DNA of 36,591 nt from Octopus bimaculoides (Eukaryota): contig NC_068985.1 of assembly GCF_001194135.2 (NCBI RefSeq), positions 120,269,905 to 120,306,495 of the forward strand, read 5' to 3'. The stretch's first letter is position 1; each line of letters begins with the position of its first letter. The translations under genes were made by a program, and so were the position numbers. Positions 10,801 through 22,614 of this stretch are shown piece by piece. The notes beneath the pieces were generated by a model. The model was not told where the DNA came from and ran no database searches. It was given only the letters and a program-made list of their open reading frames with translations.

Positions 10801-13800
10801 GTGTTGGTTATGGTGGTGGCAGTGTTAATGATCTGTTGTGAAGTGGAGTCTATAAGTTCACTGGAAGAAATAATTTCTACAGGAAGGATGTTCCAAAGAA
10901 ACGCTATCTGGTAAAGCAAATCAATAATAATAAAAAAAAAGTAGTAGAAAACGAAAAGTAAAGAAGTTAAACGTTTCGTTTGACATTTGACAATATACCT
11001 TCATGTTCTCATTTTTTCACTTTCTAAATTATTGTTTCTTTATTATTTTTCTATACATGCTTTTTCTTTTTGGTTTGGTGTCAACAACGCGTCTCTTCGA
11101 GTCGCTTGTGAGTTTGTTCGTCTGTTTATATATTAAAAGTTGTTAATTATAGAAATTCTGTTATATAACATTTGTTTAAGCTAACCAGAACACATACGAC
11201 TGGCTCGTTCGATGCTCCACATTGGTCTCAAGCCCAATTTGTTAGAAGAAACTGCAAATTTTGTTGTTTTTGTTTTAAAGAGCATGCTTTACAAGCGTGG
11301 GACTCGGCTTCTACTGTCAGCAGTATGGAGAGAGTGATAGGAAGTGACTGGCAAAGACCGGTTGCAACACATGGAAGGAGAGGAGAACATGTTTTAGCGT
11401 TGAAAGTTCAAAGCAGGACTGGTACAGTGAGAAATGATAGTAAGTATAAGAAGAAGAAAAAAAAAGCAACAATAACATTAGCAAAAGCAACAACTTCTGC
11501 AGCAGCAGCAGCAGCAATAGAAACGATGGTATGACGCTCATGGACAAGGAGGAAGCGTTTTCATCGATGAAAATTCAAAAGCTTGTACTGCTGCTATAAT
11601 GAAAAACCACATCAACTCAGATGGTATACCAAGGAATTTAGCATGAAACAGAAAATTTTAAGGTAATCTGTTCGGGGTAGCAATGTGCGATTACTTTAAG
11701 TTCATTAACTAAACAAGTTATGGAGACAAGTTTTTTCTTGGTAAATTCTGAGAGATATTGTAGCTTATTAATTTTCTCACTAGTGTAGCGTTAACAATTA
11801 AATACTTATTTTCTTTTTCTTTTTCTCTTTCTCTCTCTAGCGAGCTTTCACAGAGGAAAAGAGAGAGAGAGAGAGAGAAAAGAAAAGGAAAATGTCCTAC
11901 CTATTTGAAGACTATGGAAATATTTGCAAAACATTTCATTTAGTTTTTTTTCTCCAATTTAATTGTTTTTCTTAATTACTATCCACTTTTGTTTTACTCT
12001 TAGCTGAAGAAGTGGATAATGTTTAATATGCTAGTGCCGCTTTTAGTTCATATTTAAAATTATCCTTACGTATGCATTGTCCGTGCATGCCTGGATACGT
12101 GTACATGATGTTGACAAACCACAAAAATAGCAGACAATCGATCGATGTCCATCACTCCTAGATGAGATAAGAGATCAGTAAACTGGCCTGTCTATGGCTT
12201 TCAGTTGTTTCAAACACCCGGCGCTTAGAGAACGTTTTCTCCACCGCGTCAAAGCGCTGTCTACCGGGAATTACATATTTGTGCACGCTTAAACACACAC
12301 ACAGACACACACAAACACACACACACAAACACACACACACACACACACACATACATATACTCATATATATTTGACGTTTAGCTTTAACAGTTTTATCAAA
12401 TCGAATATTTTCGTACCGCGTGTATCACATGGTGGACGTAAAATATGTCTATCTTAAGGAGTAATACTCCTGAATTTCAGGAAGGGGATAATATTTAGAG
12501 TAGATTTCAGCTTCGAATTAAAAATCCAATCTTTTTGCTACAACATGGATTATTCATTGTTTCAATCAATTTTATGTTTGAAATCTGGCGCACGAACAAG
12601 TTTTCAGGCTGACTCAAATAAATGCGAATTGCTAGTCATAGCTGAACTATAATCGTCTCCCTTCCACAAAACCATATTATTGCGTACACTATGTGATATA
12701 TGGCTGTACAGAGAATCCTGGAATTGAAAAGCTCCATCAAATGTAAGCTAAATATAGAAATGCATTAGTACGTCGAGTAGAGTTGTCTGCTCTTGAATTG
12801 AATTTACCATCGCCTACTTTTGACTCCTGTGGTAGGTGTTAAATAGAGAAATGGTAAAGTCATCGTACAATTTTGGGATTAAGCATATTTTGTAACCTTG
12901 TCATGTGAGTTACTAGGATATTCCTGAAAAAGAGAAAACTATAGAGAACTATAGAGAACTTAATAAATACACATCAGCTAAATACATTTAAACACATATC
13001 AATAAAAAGAACCGTGGAAATTCAACTGGTGTAGCTAATAAATATCGTACTATGTATGTATATGAATACAGGCGCTAGAATGTGAGCTACTGTTTGTGTA
13101 AATACATGCGTTTGCATGTGAATAAGTACATCTAGATAGAAAAGAGAAATACACAATTGAGGTACCATTGATGCCCAAGATATATTTAAAAACTAGTTAT
13201 CAGTAACAGATTCTAACAGCAATTAGAGAACTGTTAGACATGATATTTTCCTGAAAATTCTGCAGTTTGCATATCAGGGAAAGATATCTCATAACTTATG
13301 AATAATCTTCATTTTCTTTCTTTCAGTTTATGTAACAATGAACAAGACTTAGTGAACATCCAGGGAAATATTATAAAGATTGATATCATAACGAGAACCT
13401 GTATTTCTCACTTTTGATTAATGCTATACATACAAAACCTAAATCATGTGACTTGTTGATTATTCACGAAGCAAAATAAACACTCTGCTAACCATTTATA
13501 ATTAACATAACAAATTTGCAATGACGTCATAAAAATCCTGCATTTTTTTTTCATGTAAATGGCTTTCTGTTTTATTCAAGTAATGTGAACATTCCCCAAT
13601 TCGATAGTGAAAATTTATATGAAATTAGATTAAAACATCTTTGATCTTGATTGCTAATGTTAATGGTTGTTCTACTTAAACTTGAAGATATGATGAAAAA
13701 CGAACGGGCTTTTTTAGCAAAATGAAAGTAATAAAAATATTTTATGATATAAAAGTAATTACTGAACCAAATTTTATCCTCGACTTGTGTATTTTTGGTT

Positions 13801-15107
13801 TTGTGAGTATTACTTCGAGCATTCGATATTTTTCAGGTCATTCCCAAGTGTTTTAGCAACATTGATCAAGGGAAAATCGAAGTGTTATGGCGCACTAGAA
13901 TTACCGACATCTTACAAACGTATGTAGTTCTATGTATTTTGCCAATTATTTTGTTTTATTCATTCATATTCATTTCTATTTATTTGCATTTAATAACGAT
14001 TCTAGTTAATGTCTCACTCATCGAATACATTTTGATGTGTTACATTCATATACCACAAAAATATGCAGTAGTTATGTCTATTCAAATAAGTTGAAATGGA
14101 GCAGCATAGTGCAATATATTCTTTTAGTCAACGTACCAAAAATACGCCAACTGAAAGACTTTTTTCAAATTATTCTCTTCAACATTAATATAGACAAAGT
14201 GATTATAAGGTCGCGCAATTTTAAATTCGTATGAAGTAAAAGTGCTGAAGGCCTTTACAATGTCTGTATTAAAAATAAGTAATTATTTGGGATATTTCTA
14301 TTTATGGAGATTAATTGCAGGTAAAATGAAAAATCGAAACAATGTAATAAACTTGTTTTACCAGCGTTTCAAGGACACATCCAGGCAGGGATAACACAAA
14401 AGGATAAAAGCCTGAATTGGGTTACATTTGCAGAGTTTTTCAGGGTTCGCATATGTTGTTCGCTTATCACTATTACCACGACAATTCGGTAGGTTTATAT
14501 ACACATACATATTAAGCAGATATCCGTCAAATGATTGATGCAAGTATATCATAAATATTCCTCCTCCAAATCTACATCAACAGTCGTCCATTATGATCAG
14601 ACATTATGCTACCAAACGATTAGTATTATAATCAAAACTAGTTGGTATGAAACATGCTTAGGATATTTCATATCGCTTCTTAATGGTATCAAATGATTAA
14701 TATCTAAATGGTGTCTTCTTAAAATATCAAAATCAGCGGCTGCAGTCAAGGACCTCACGAATCAGATTATGATTTTTATTGTTCTGTACATATAAGGAAT
14801 AAGGGACTTATATACAGCGTAGTTCATTGTGTATCATTTATAACCGTCAAAATCAACATGGATGAAAATTCTAACAAGAATTTTTGGATTAACAATTTTT
14901 GAGCCATAAAACAATTTCCTCACCGGATTCTTCAAATTTTTCGCTCTCTATATTTATTTACCATACTCTCTCCTACTCTCTCAGTATATGTATATCTCTC
15001 ACGTAAGTTGGTCACTCTCTATCTCTCTCTCGTGTTCCCCTCTCTCTCTCTCTCTCTCTCTTTTGATATGAGATGTAATGCAAGTCAATCACATGTATGA
15101 TATACAC

Positions 15108-15139
<32 letters not shown>

Positions 15140-15231
15140 NNNNNNNNNNNNNNNNNNNNNNNNNNNNNNNNNNNNNNNNNNNNNNNNNNNNNNNNNNNNN
15201 NNNNNNNNNNNNNNNNNNNNNNNNNNNNNNN

Positions 15232-15296
<65 letters not shown>

Positions 15297-16140
15297 CATA
15301 ATTTATTTTTAAGAGATAACATTTTCTCTATAATTGGAAACATGCAAGTGCTTAGTATATCTGAGCTATATATATATATATACGTATAGACCTCTATAAT
15401 TTATGCATGTAGATATGTATACACGCATATTTTCATCCACGTCTACGCATTCACTGCCGTCTGAATTTCAGAAACATGAAGCTAAGAGTAAGGGCAACCT
15501 ACGTTTGTAGCTTACAATATACCGGGTAAAAAACCAAAGATATGAACTGAGCACTTACTTTTCTCCGTGCTCACCCAGATATTTTTTTCCATGATACACT
15601 CACACATGCACTCACTCACACACTCACTCACATATTTAATTTCCCTCTCACACACACACACACTCACACACTCACACATTCAAACACACGGATGCACAAC
15701 TAGCACATACATCTATTACATAATGCATATACATAAATGTATATTTCGAAGCTACGCAATATTTTCTTTTAATTCTCCATTTAACGGCAGCTTCTATTTC
15801 ATTGCTTTATCTTATTTTATTTATAACTAACTGATGCAGCAGATTCAGATGTTATTGCAGCTGTTTTAGTTTCTGATATTGCTAATGCTTATCCAAGAAA
15901 TACAATTTAATGAGAAAGAATATGATGTGACATTTCACGTAACATTTTCAATGACTAAGGCAAAGTGTAAGCAGAAAGAAGAAAATAAAAAAAAAACTCA
16001 TAAAATATAAGAAGGAAAATATTACAAAATAATAATGATAATGTCCAAGGTGTAGAAAATATCAAGAAGTAATGTTACTAGAGAAACAGCAAAAACTGAA
16101 AAGCTTCAGTTAAACTACCATTACCAGCAACATTGACAAC

Positions 16141-16142
<2 letters not shown>

Positions 16143-16229
<87 letters not shown>

Positions 16230-16473
16230 NNNNNNNNNNNNNNNNNNNNNNNNNNNNNNNNNNNNNNNNNNNNNNNNNNNNNNNNNNNNNNNNNNNNNNN
16301 NNNNNNNNNNNNNNNNNNNNNNNNNNNNNNNNNNNNNNNNNNNNNNNNNNNNNNNNNNNNNNNNNNNNNNNNNNNNNNNNNNNNNNNNNNNNNNNNNNNN
16401 NNNNNNNNNNNNNNNNNTATTATCATTATTATTATCATTATTATCATCATTATTATTATTATTATTATTAATA

Positions 16474-16513
<40 letters not shown>

Positions 16514-16551
16514 GATTATTATTATCATTATTATTATCATTATTATCATCA

Positions 16552-16582
<31 letters not shown>

Positions 16583-16620
16583 CATTATTATCATTATTAT
16601 TATTATTATTATCATTATTA

Positions 16621-16657
<37 letters not shown>

Positions 16658-16659
16658 CA

Positions 16660-16753
<94 letters not shown>

Positions 16754-16755
16754 GA
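16143..16755. repeat. Long (TAT)n/(CAT)n microsatellite spanning an N-gap
   Basis: Directly visible; source of the 260-aa poly-N and 228-aa poly-I ORFs. Confidence 0.95.
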
Positions 16756-16785
16756 TTCTTAGTCTTATTAATAATATTAATACAA

Positions 16786-17510
16786 TTTTTTTCTCTATTG
16801 GTCGCAAGGGCCGAACTCAAAATGTTCAAGGACACAACGAAACAAGGGACAATGTAGCTCAGCACAAAATCATGTGAATACAATAACAACAATAAAAATC
16901 GTCAAAAGCGGGTAGTATTACCCAGGGTCAACCAAAGCAAGCACCCCTCTTCTTCTCATGTCCTCCGGCCTACAAACGTCTGTGTAGAATGGACCTATTT
17001 ACACGGCCAGCCTCACCATATTCACGTACGTTTCAACAAAAATACTGGGGTGGGGGCTACCAATTCTCTTCGTTTCACCTTCATTTTCCTTTTCAAGTGG
17101 AATTTGAAAAACGTAATGAGGTTGAAGAAAAAAATATCTTTCTTCAGTCCTTTGAACATCGTCCATCACACTACTCCTTTCGGCAAAGTCACCAAACAGA
17201 AAAACTGCCTGCTCTTCCTGAAAGAAGGCAGCAAGGTGATCCTCATGACAGATTCGACCGAGAAAAGGATCCGTACTACATGTATCAACAGCTGGTCCAC
17301 AAAGCCCACAATTTGGCATGCTCGGATACTGGATATCTGCACGCAGAGCGGTTTAATCGCTCTCCGCACATCTTGGGCAGATCCGTCTATCAGCACTTCC
17401 ATGCATGTAGATCTTGTCTCGAACTGACTGAACCCCTACCCCAAATCCGTCTGCTGGTGGCATCTGAATTGGGCCTTCCACTTTGTAGAGGAAAACCTCC
17501 CTAATGTTTT
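16786..17510 (-). mobile_element. L1-Tx1-like LINE, 3' fragment (ORF2 zinc-knuckle C-terminus and 3' UTR)
   Basis: Minus strand: VRDKIYMHGSADRRICPRCAESD*T...LW.FVDQLL...FCLVTLPKGVV*WT...FKFHLKRKMK. Homologous to the C-terminus of the 33-36 kb element (VRYKFCRHG...CLRYTQSDVTVLHAL...FPCLVAVAKVVVWWT...FMFHL). Confidence 0.8.
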
Positions 17511-18618
17511 TTGTATATCTCTAGTGACATGCACGCTAACATTAAATCTTCTGATACATTAAAAGTGCTAGTATCGCATTTGACGCATCCTCTCTCAACA
17601 TCTTTACTCCGTGATATTAAGGCCATCAAATCTTCCTTGTCTCCCATCACAGGCACGAAACTTCGTCAGTGTGGTTGAGTTGTGTGAGCTTTCTTTTGTT
17701 GTGAGTTTTGTGATAGTGTTGATGGAGCTGGTGTTGCTGGTTGTTATCTTGACGATTGTGAAGCTGCTGGGGTTGGTGTTGTTTTCGCTGTAAGATTGTT
17801 CGCTGTGAGATCGTTTCCTGTGGTTTATGGTATGAATGTTTTTGCTTTTAATTTTTTATTTATGTTTACTCTATCTTGTTTCGGGATTTTGGGGGTTCTT
17901 TCTCGCTTTTACTTCGACATATAGAAGAATCAGTGTCTGTGGAATCTGCCCCGAAGTGTAGCAGTATGATTATGTTTGCGTCAGTGTCAGTATGTTAGTG
18001 AGTGTTTGAGAGAGGAGAGAGAGGGAAAGCTGTGTTGAAAGACGCCGTGGGTGGCACTTTCCGTTGTTTTTCTTGTTGATGTTGGTGACGATGGTAATGC
18101 CGGAATTGCTTGGGCTGTTGTTGTCTCAGCTGCATTCATTGTTGTATCTGGTGGTCTTATTGGTTTTCTCAACTGCTGGTGTAGTTACTGGTGTTGCTGT
18201 TCTATGTTGTTCTTGCAATCTTTGTTGATGCTGCTGTTGATGATAATGCTGTATGTATGGCATATTATCTTCGTTGTTGCCGTTGTTGAGAGTGCGTTGT
18301 TAGTAGTAGAAAGGACGAATGGCAAAATCAACTTGGTAGGATTGGAAATCAGAGCATAAAGTGCCGGAACAAGTACCATAACGGATTTTTTCTGACGTCC
18401 TTACGTTTCAGACAATTAACCGCCTCAAATTTATGTTTCTAATATGGATCTGAAGTCTGACATATACAGTGAGGCACTCGCCGATTAGATGGGCTCTAGT
18501 ACTTGAAAGAGACACTATCATATTAATCAAAGATGGATGAAAATAATTGTTGCTCATATCAGCACAAAAACCGTCATTTAGATGGAGACAATTAAATGGA
18601 CACCATTACCTGACTTCA

Positions 18619-18757
18619 AAGGCATGCAAATTGGTAAATTCGTTAGAGCTTGAATAGAATGACATATGATACTTGCTCAAAGCCTCTACGCTCTGAGTCA
18701 AATTAAAGTGATGTCAAGTTTGATTTCTTTCTGTCCGGGTCGATAAAAATAGTACCA
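18619..18757 (+). mobile_element. Highly degenerate SINE family 1
   Basis: aaggc...ttggtaaattcgttagagc...tacgctctgagtcaaatt...ccgggtcgataaaaatagtacca. Confidence 0.55.
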
Positions 18758-18876
18758 ATCCAGGACGTTAGATTTACGGAATTACTATAGCATTGGATAA
18801 TGTGTCTTAATGGTATTTGTTCCGGCTACGCACAATTTATTCAAAACTTAGGTCTTCTATGAAAAATGGCGGTACT

Positions 18877-19169
18877 TATAAGGCGGGTACTGAAAAGTTC
18901 CTGGCTTTAAGGGTATCGCGAAAGTTTTGTTTGGCGGCCCCACATTCCACGTTCTCTTACAGGGAATAGAAAAACTGGAGGATTGCTGCAATAAGTGTAT
19001 GAATCTGAAAGGGGAATATTCTTTTATTTTGTTACTTGTTTGAGTCATTTGACTGAGGTCATGCCGGAGCAACGCCTTGGGTGGAACATATCAAATCAAA
19101 ATCAACATTAACTGATCCGCCTGTATTTTCTTTTACCCAAAGCTAGGAACTTTTCAGCACCCCCTCGTA
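18877..19169 (+). mobile_element. Internally deleted mariner (MITE-like) with ~29-bp TIRs and TA at both ends
   Basis: Left: TA-TAAGGCGGGTACTGAAAAGTTCCTGGCTTT (18877-18908). Right: AAAGCTAGGAACTTTTCAGCACCCCCTCG-TA (19139-19169). Internal GIEKLEDCCNKCMNLKGEY matches the mariner C-terminal 'GIxKLxxRWxKCVxxxGxY'. Confidence 0.85.
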
Positions 19170-19487
19170 TATCAGTAGTTGCAACTGACAAACATGATCA
19201 GCAATTTGGTAAGCCAGCATAAACCTAATTTCATTGATTCTTTCGGAAGACAGAGCTGCCACCATTTCACTGATTCCTTATTTTAGTGACTACGGCAGTT
19301 AGAAAAGCAATTGTTTCTTCACAAAGTTTGAAATCAGAACATAGAAAAACTGTAGGAATACTGCATAGTATTTTATTTCATGCTCTAAAGATTCTGGCTA
19401 TCCATTTCACTAAATATGTATTTATAATAGACGCACGGGTTCTGAAATTTTGAGGTAAGAAGAAGTCAGTTTTGACTTCAGTTCTTA

Positions 19488-19620
19488 ACTGGTGGAACTT
19501 TGTATATCGACTTTGAAAGAATGCAGAATTGACTCCGAGGTTATTTGAACGTTCTGACTTGAACTCACGCCAGGATCAACTTCGACTTTCATCCTTTAGA
19601 GGTCGATAAAACAAAGTCAT
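19488..19620. mobile_element. Head-to-head (foldback) pair of SINE family 1 cores
   Basis: 19488-19550 is the reverse complement of the SINE core and 19549-19620 is the forward core; they join at GAACGTTC. Confidence 0.7.
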
Positions 19621-19712
19621 ATACTCTGGTTGGTATATACTAAGGCCCTCACGGCAAATTCGCGAGCCTTGTATCTAAATAACGAAAACACTTATTATTA
19701 GTAGTAGTCAAA

Positions 19713-19933
19713 AAGCAGCGAACTGGCCGAATCGTTAGTACACCGGACGAAATGCTTAGCGGTGTTTCGTCCGTCTTCATGTTCTGAGTTCAAATACCAC
19801 TGAAGTCGACTTTAACTTCCATCCTTTCGGGTTCAATAAATTAAATACCAGTGAAACACAGGAGTCAAAGTAATCGACTCAGCTCCTCCTCAAAATGGCT
19901 GCCCTTGTGACAAAATTTGAAACCATTATTATT
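19713..19933 (+). mobile_element. Full-length tRNA-derived SINE (family 1)
   Basis: A-box-like TGGCCGAATCG, B-box GAGTTCAAATACC, central CATCCTTTCGGG.TC.ATAA domain, gcccttgtgacaaaatttgaaa-(ATT)n tail. Confidence 0.9.
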
Positions 19934-20949
19934 AGTCAGAAGGATCTAATAATATCACGCATTACAGAAGTGTTTCTATACTGTTTGGTTGCCTATAGAT
20001 AATAAACAGTGGTGGGATAAACTAGAATGCATTATCAAATACAAGTTAAACATTGAATAATCAGAGGTAGACATCTACACAGATGCAAGAAAAGAAGAAG
20101 TCACCTATATAGGATTAGGACTCCGTTGATGGAGTTCTAATCTCCCGGACTCCGTTTACCTTCCGCTCCCAACACTAACTTGAATCTTCAGCATTTTGTC
20201 TTGAACATCTGCAGACTTGGACAAATCGCCCAGACTACTGCATTCCCTGAATTGTTCTCTCTGAATTGTCAATAGACTACCATTGTTATTTTCAATAAAT
20301 ACCTTAGAGTTTAGAGTTTCTTGGTATTTGCTCCTGACGCCTCAACCCACAAAATATTTCGGCCCTGTTTTTAGCTTTCAGTAATGTATATAGACTAGGA
20401 ACGTTTACGATAACCGTAAATTTTAGGCACTCCCGTCGAATTGATGAGTATAAGGACTTCCTGCGAGCTACTTGTTTTCTAGGCTAAATTCACACTGTTT
20501 GTTTCTCCTTTCATGTTTCTCTTGTCCCCAGTCTGTTCTCGTCTATACTTCATCGCTTTAGGATCGGAAGTGGCGTTTGGAGCCTTAGATCGCCTCGATA
20601 CTAAAGAATGACGGGAATCCTTTCCGTTTCTGTGTAACGCAAGTCTTCTCTTGCTGGAGACTAAATTAAGTCTCTACGTTAGTTTATTTTAGGTGTTATA
20701 AAACACAATGAAAGGATAATATCCTTGCATGTCAGAAAAATATTTATTATAAATAAAGTAAAGGGTGACAAATATAAATTATAATGTAATTTATAATATG
20801 TGTTGAGTGATGGGTCGTTTAACCTATTTAAGTAAGGATGTCTACATTGTTGAAAATGAAGCTGAAGTAGCATAGGATTAAGAATTGATATCGCGCGCTT
20901 GAGGATGCTTGAAGTCAAGTCGTATGAAGCTTTGGTTTTGTTCCTTGTA

Positions 20950-21168
20950 ATATTTTATTTCAAATTTTTGCCACAAGGGCAGCTTGAGGGAGGTGGGGAT
21001 TTGTCGATTACATCTACTCCAGTAGTTCACTGGAACTTATTTTATCAATCTCCGTAAGGATGAAAGGTAAAGTTGACCTCGGTGGAACTTGAACTCAGAA
21101 CGTAACGGCGGGCGAAATACCGCTAAGCATTTTGTCCACCGAACTAACGATTCGCCCAGCTCGCTGCC
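20950..21168 (-). mobile_element. Full-length SINE family 1 with a 12-bp target-site duplication
   Basis: Reverse complement aligns end to end with the 19713 copy; flanked by TTGTTCCTTGTA at 20938-20949 and 21169-21180. Confidence 0.92.
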
Positions 21169-22497
21169 TTGTTCCTTGTAGTATGTTAGGGGAATGTACA
21201 ACTCTAAAATAGCTTAATATGCGCGGTTAAGGCATTCAAAAGTGCTTCAGCCTGTTACCATCGAAAGCAAGAAGCTATAAGTTTTTGGGGTGTTGATAAA
21301 TTCAGCAATATCACTGTGGTGTATGATAATTTTTTTCTCTAATTGATTACCACAAGTCTTCAGTCTAAACATAATCATCTGGTGCCCGAGAATATCGCGT
21401 AGGCACAGGAACCGCAAGCAGACATGCTCTCTGACGAAGGCGGTGCGTAGCTAACGCAAGTCACTGTATGGAAACATACGAAATCAATTACATTTCCAAG
21501 AATCATCAGTTCCTCTCTTTAAAATAACCACTTCAACATCAAGTAGAATATTACTAATGCAGTTTTGTGTAATAGCGATGTGATTTCTAGTAAGTGCACT
21601 TTCATTAATTTTCTGCAGTTTTCAAGGTCAGGTTCCGTCTGGCATCAGGCGGATGTGAGTTCACACTTGCTCCTCCTTGAATACCAACTATCATCTGTTT
21701 TTAATTGCCTTTTCCTAGCACTATCGTTGCATTCACTGTTTATCAATGACGTAGTTATCTAGGAAAGGCGTTCTTCTTCCTTGTGTCATTGCAACAAATT
21801 CTGTGATTTTAAAAGAAGGAAAGATTTGCTTCTGGGTAGTGAGTGTGTAAATTTTCATTATAGCTGCGCAATAGTATTTTGTCCTGGACTTTACTAAAAT
21901 ATTCAGAGAGCGACAATATCTATGTAAACTGAAACGGAGGAAACTAATGGTGACTGCTTCTTGTTACGAAGTTGATAGGCCAGCATCGAACTTCAATACA
22001 TAAACTTCAATAAACAGCCATTGTTGTATTCATGTTCCCCAAAGCTGAAACCTGGCAGTAAGCAAGCTGAAATATGATTTTGAAAAACCGTCGTTTTAGG
22101 TGTAAAACCTGTATAAACTAAAATATTCCGCAAATTCCCTATTTGAATCACAGAATCAGGTAGATGCAAGTTTAATAATAAATAATTCTCAAACACATGC
22201 GCGCGCTCATTGACACAGGCATACGCATATAAACATGTACGCATTTATACATTCATACATACATGAATATATGCAAGCAGGCATACATACACGACTACTC
22301 TGTTAACGTTGTCATTGATGAGAAATCCGTAGGAAAATGAGCATACATAAATTCATACGTACGCGCATACACACAAACACATATAAACAGACATAAAACA
22401 GATGTATACACACATATGTATATGTATATNNNNNNNNNNNNNNNNNNNNNNNNNNNNNNNNNNNNNNNNNNNNNTATATATATATATATATATATGA

Positions 22498-22614
22498 CTC
22501 AAAGGAATTCCAACTCTATTTTTCACGTTTTATTTATAATTTTCTAATATGAATATAAGATATAAAATAATATAGTAAAAAGAAATGAAATGAAGTATTA
22601 ATTGCCTATTCTTA
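22498..22614. repeat. Left arm of a 117-bp inverted repeat (partner 23660-23776)
   Basis: Manual alignment: 111/117 identical to the reverse complement of 23660-23776. Confidence 0.95.

Noticed and set aside
10591-10914. Acidic then poly-Arg, protamine-like ORF
   Set aside because: It is produced by the (GAT/GAC)-(CGT)(CGG) repeat; it has a non-ATG start and no other support.
16989-17504. 171-aa plus-strand ORF
   Set aside because: It is antisense to the Tx1 zinc-knuckle region and has no independent motif.
19713-19800. tRNA gene (A/B boxes)
   Set aside because: The boxes belong to a SINE head repeated many times with body and tail; no cloverleaf is evident.
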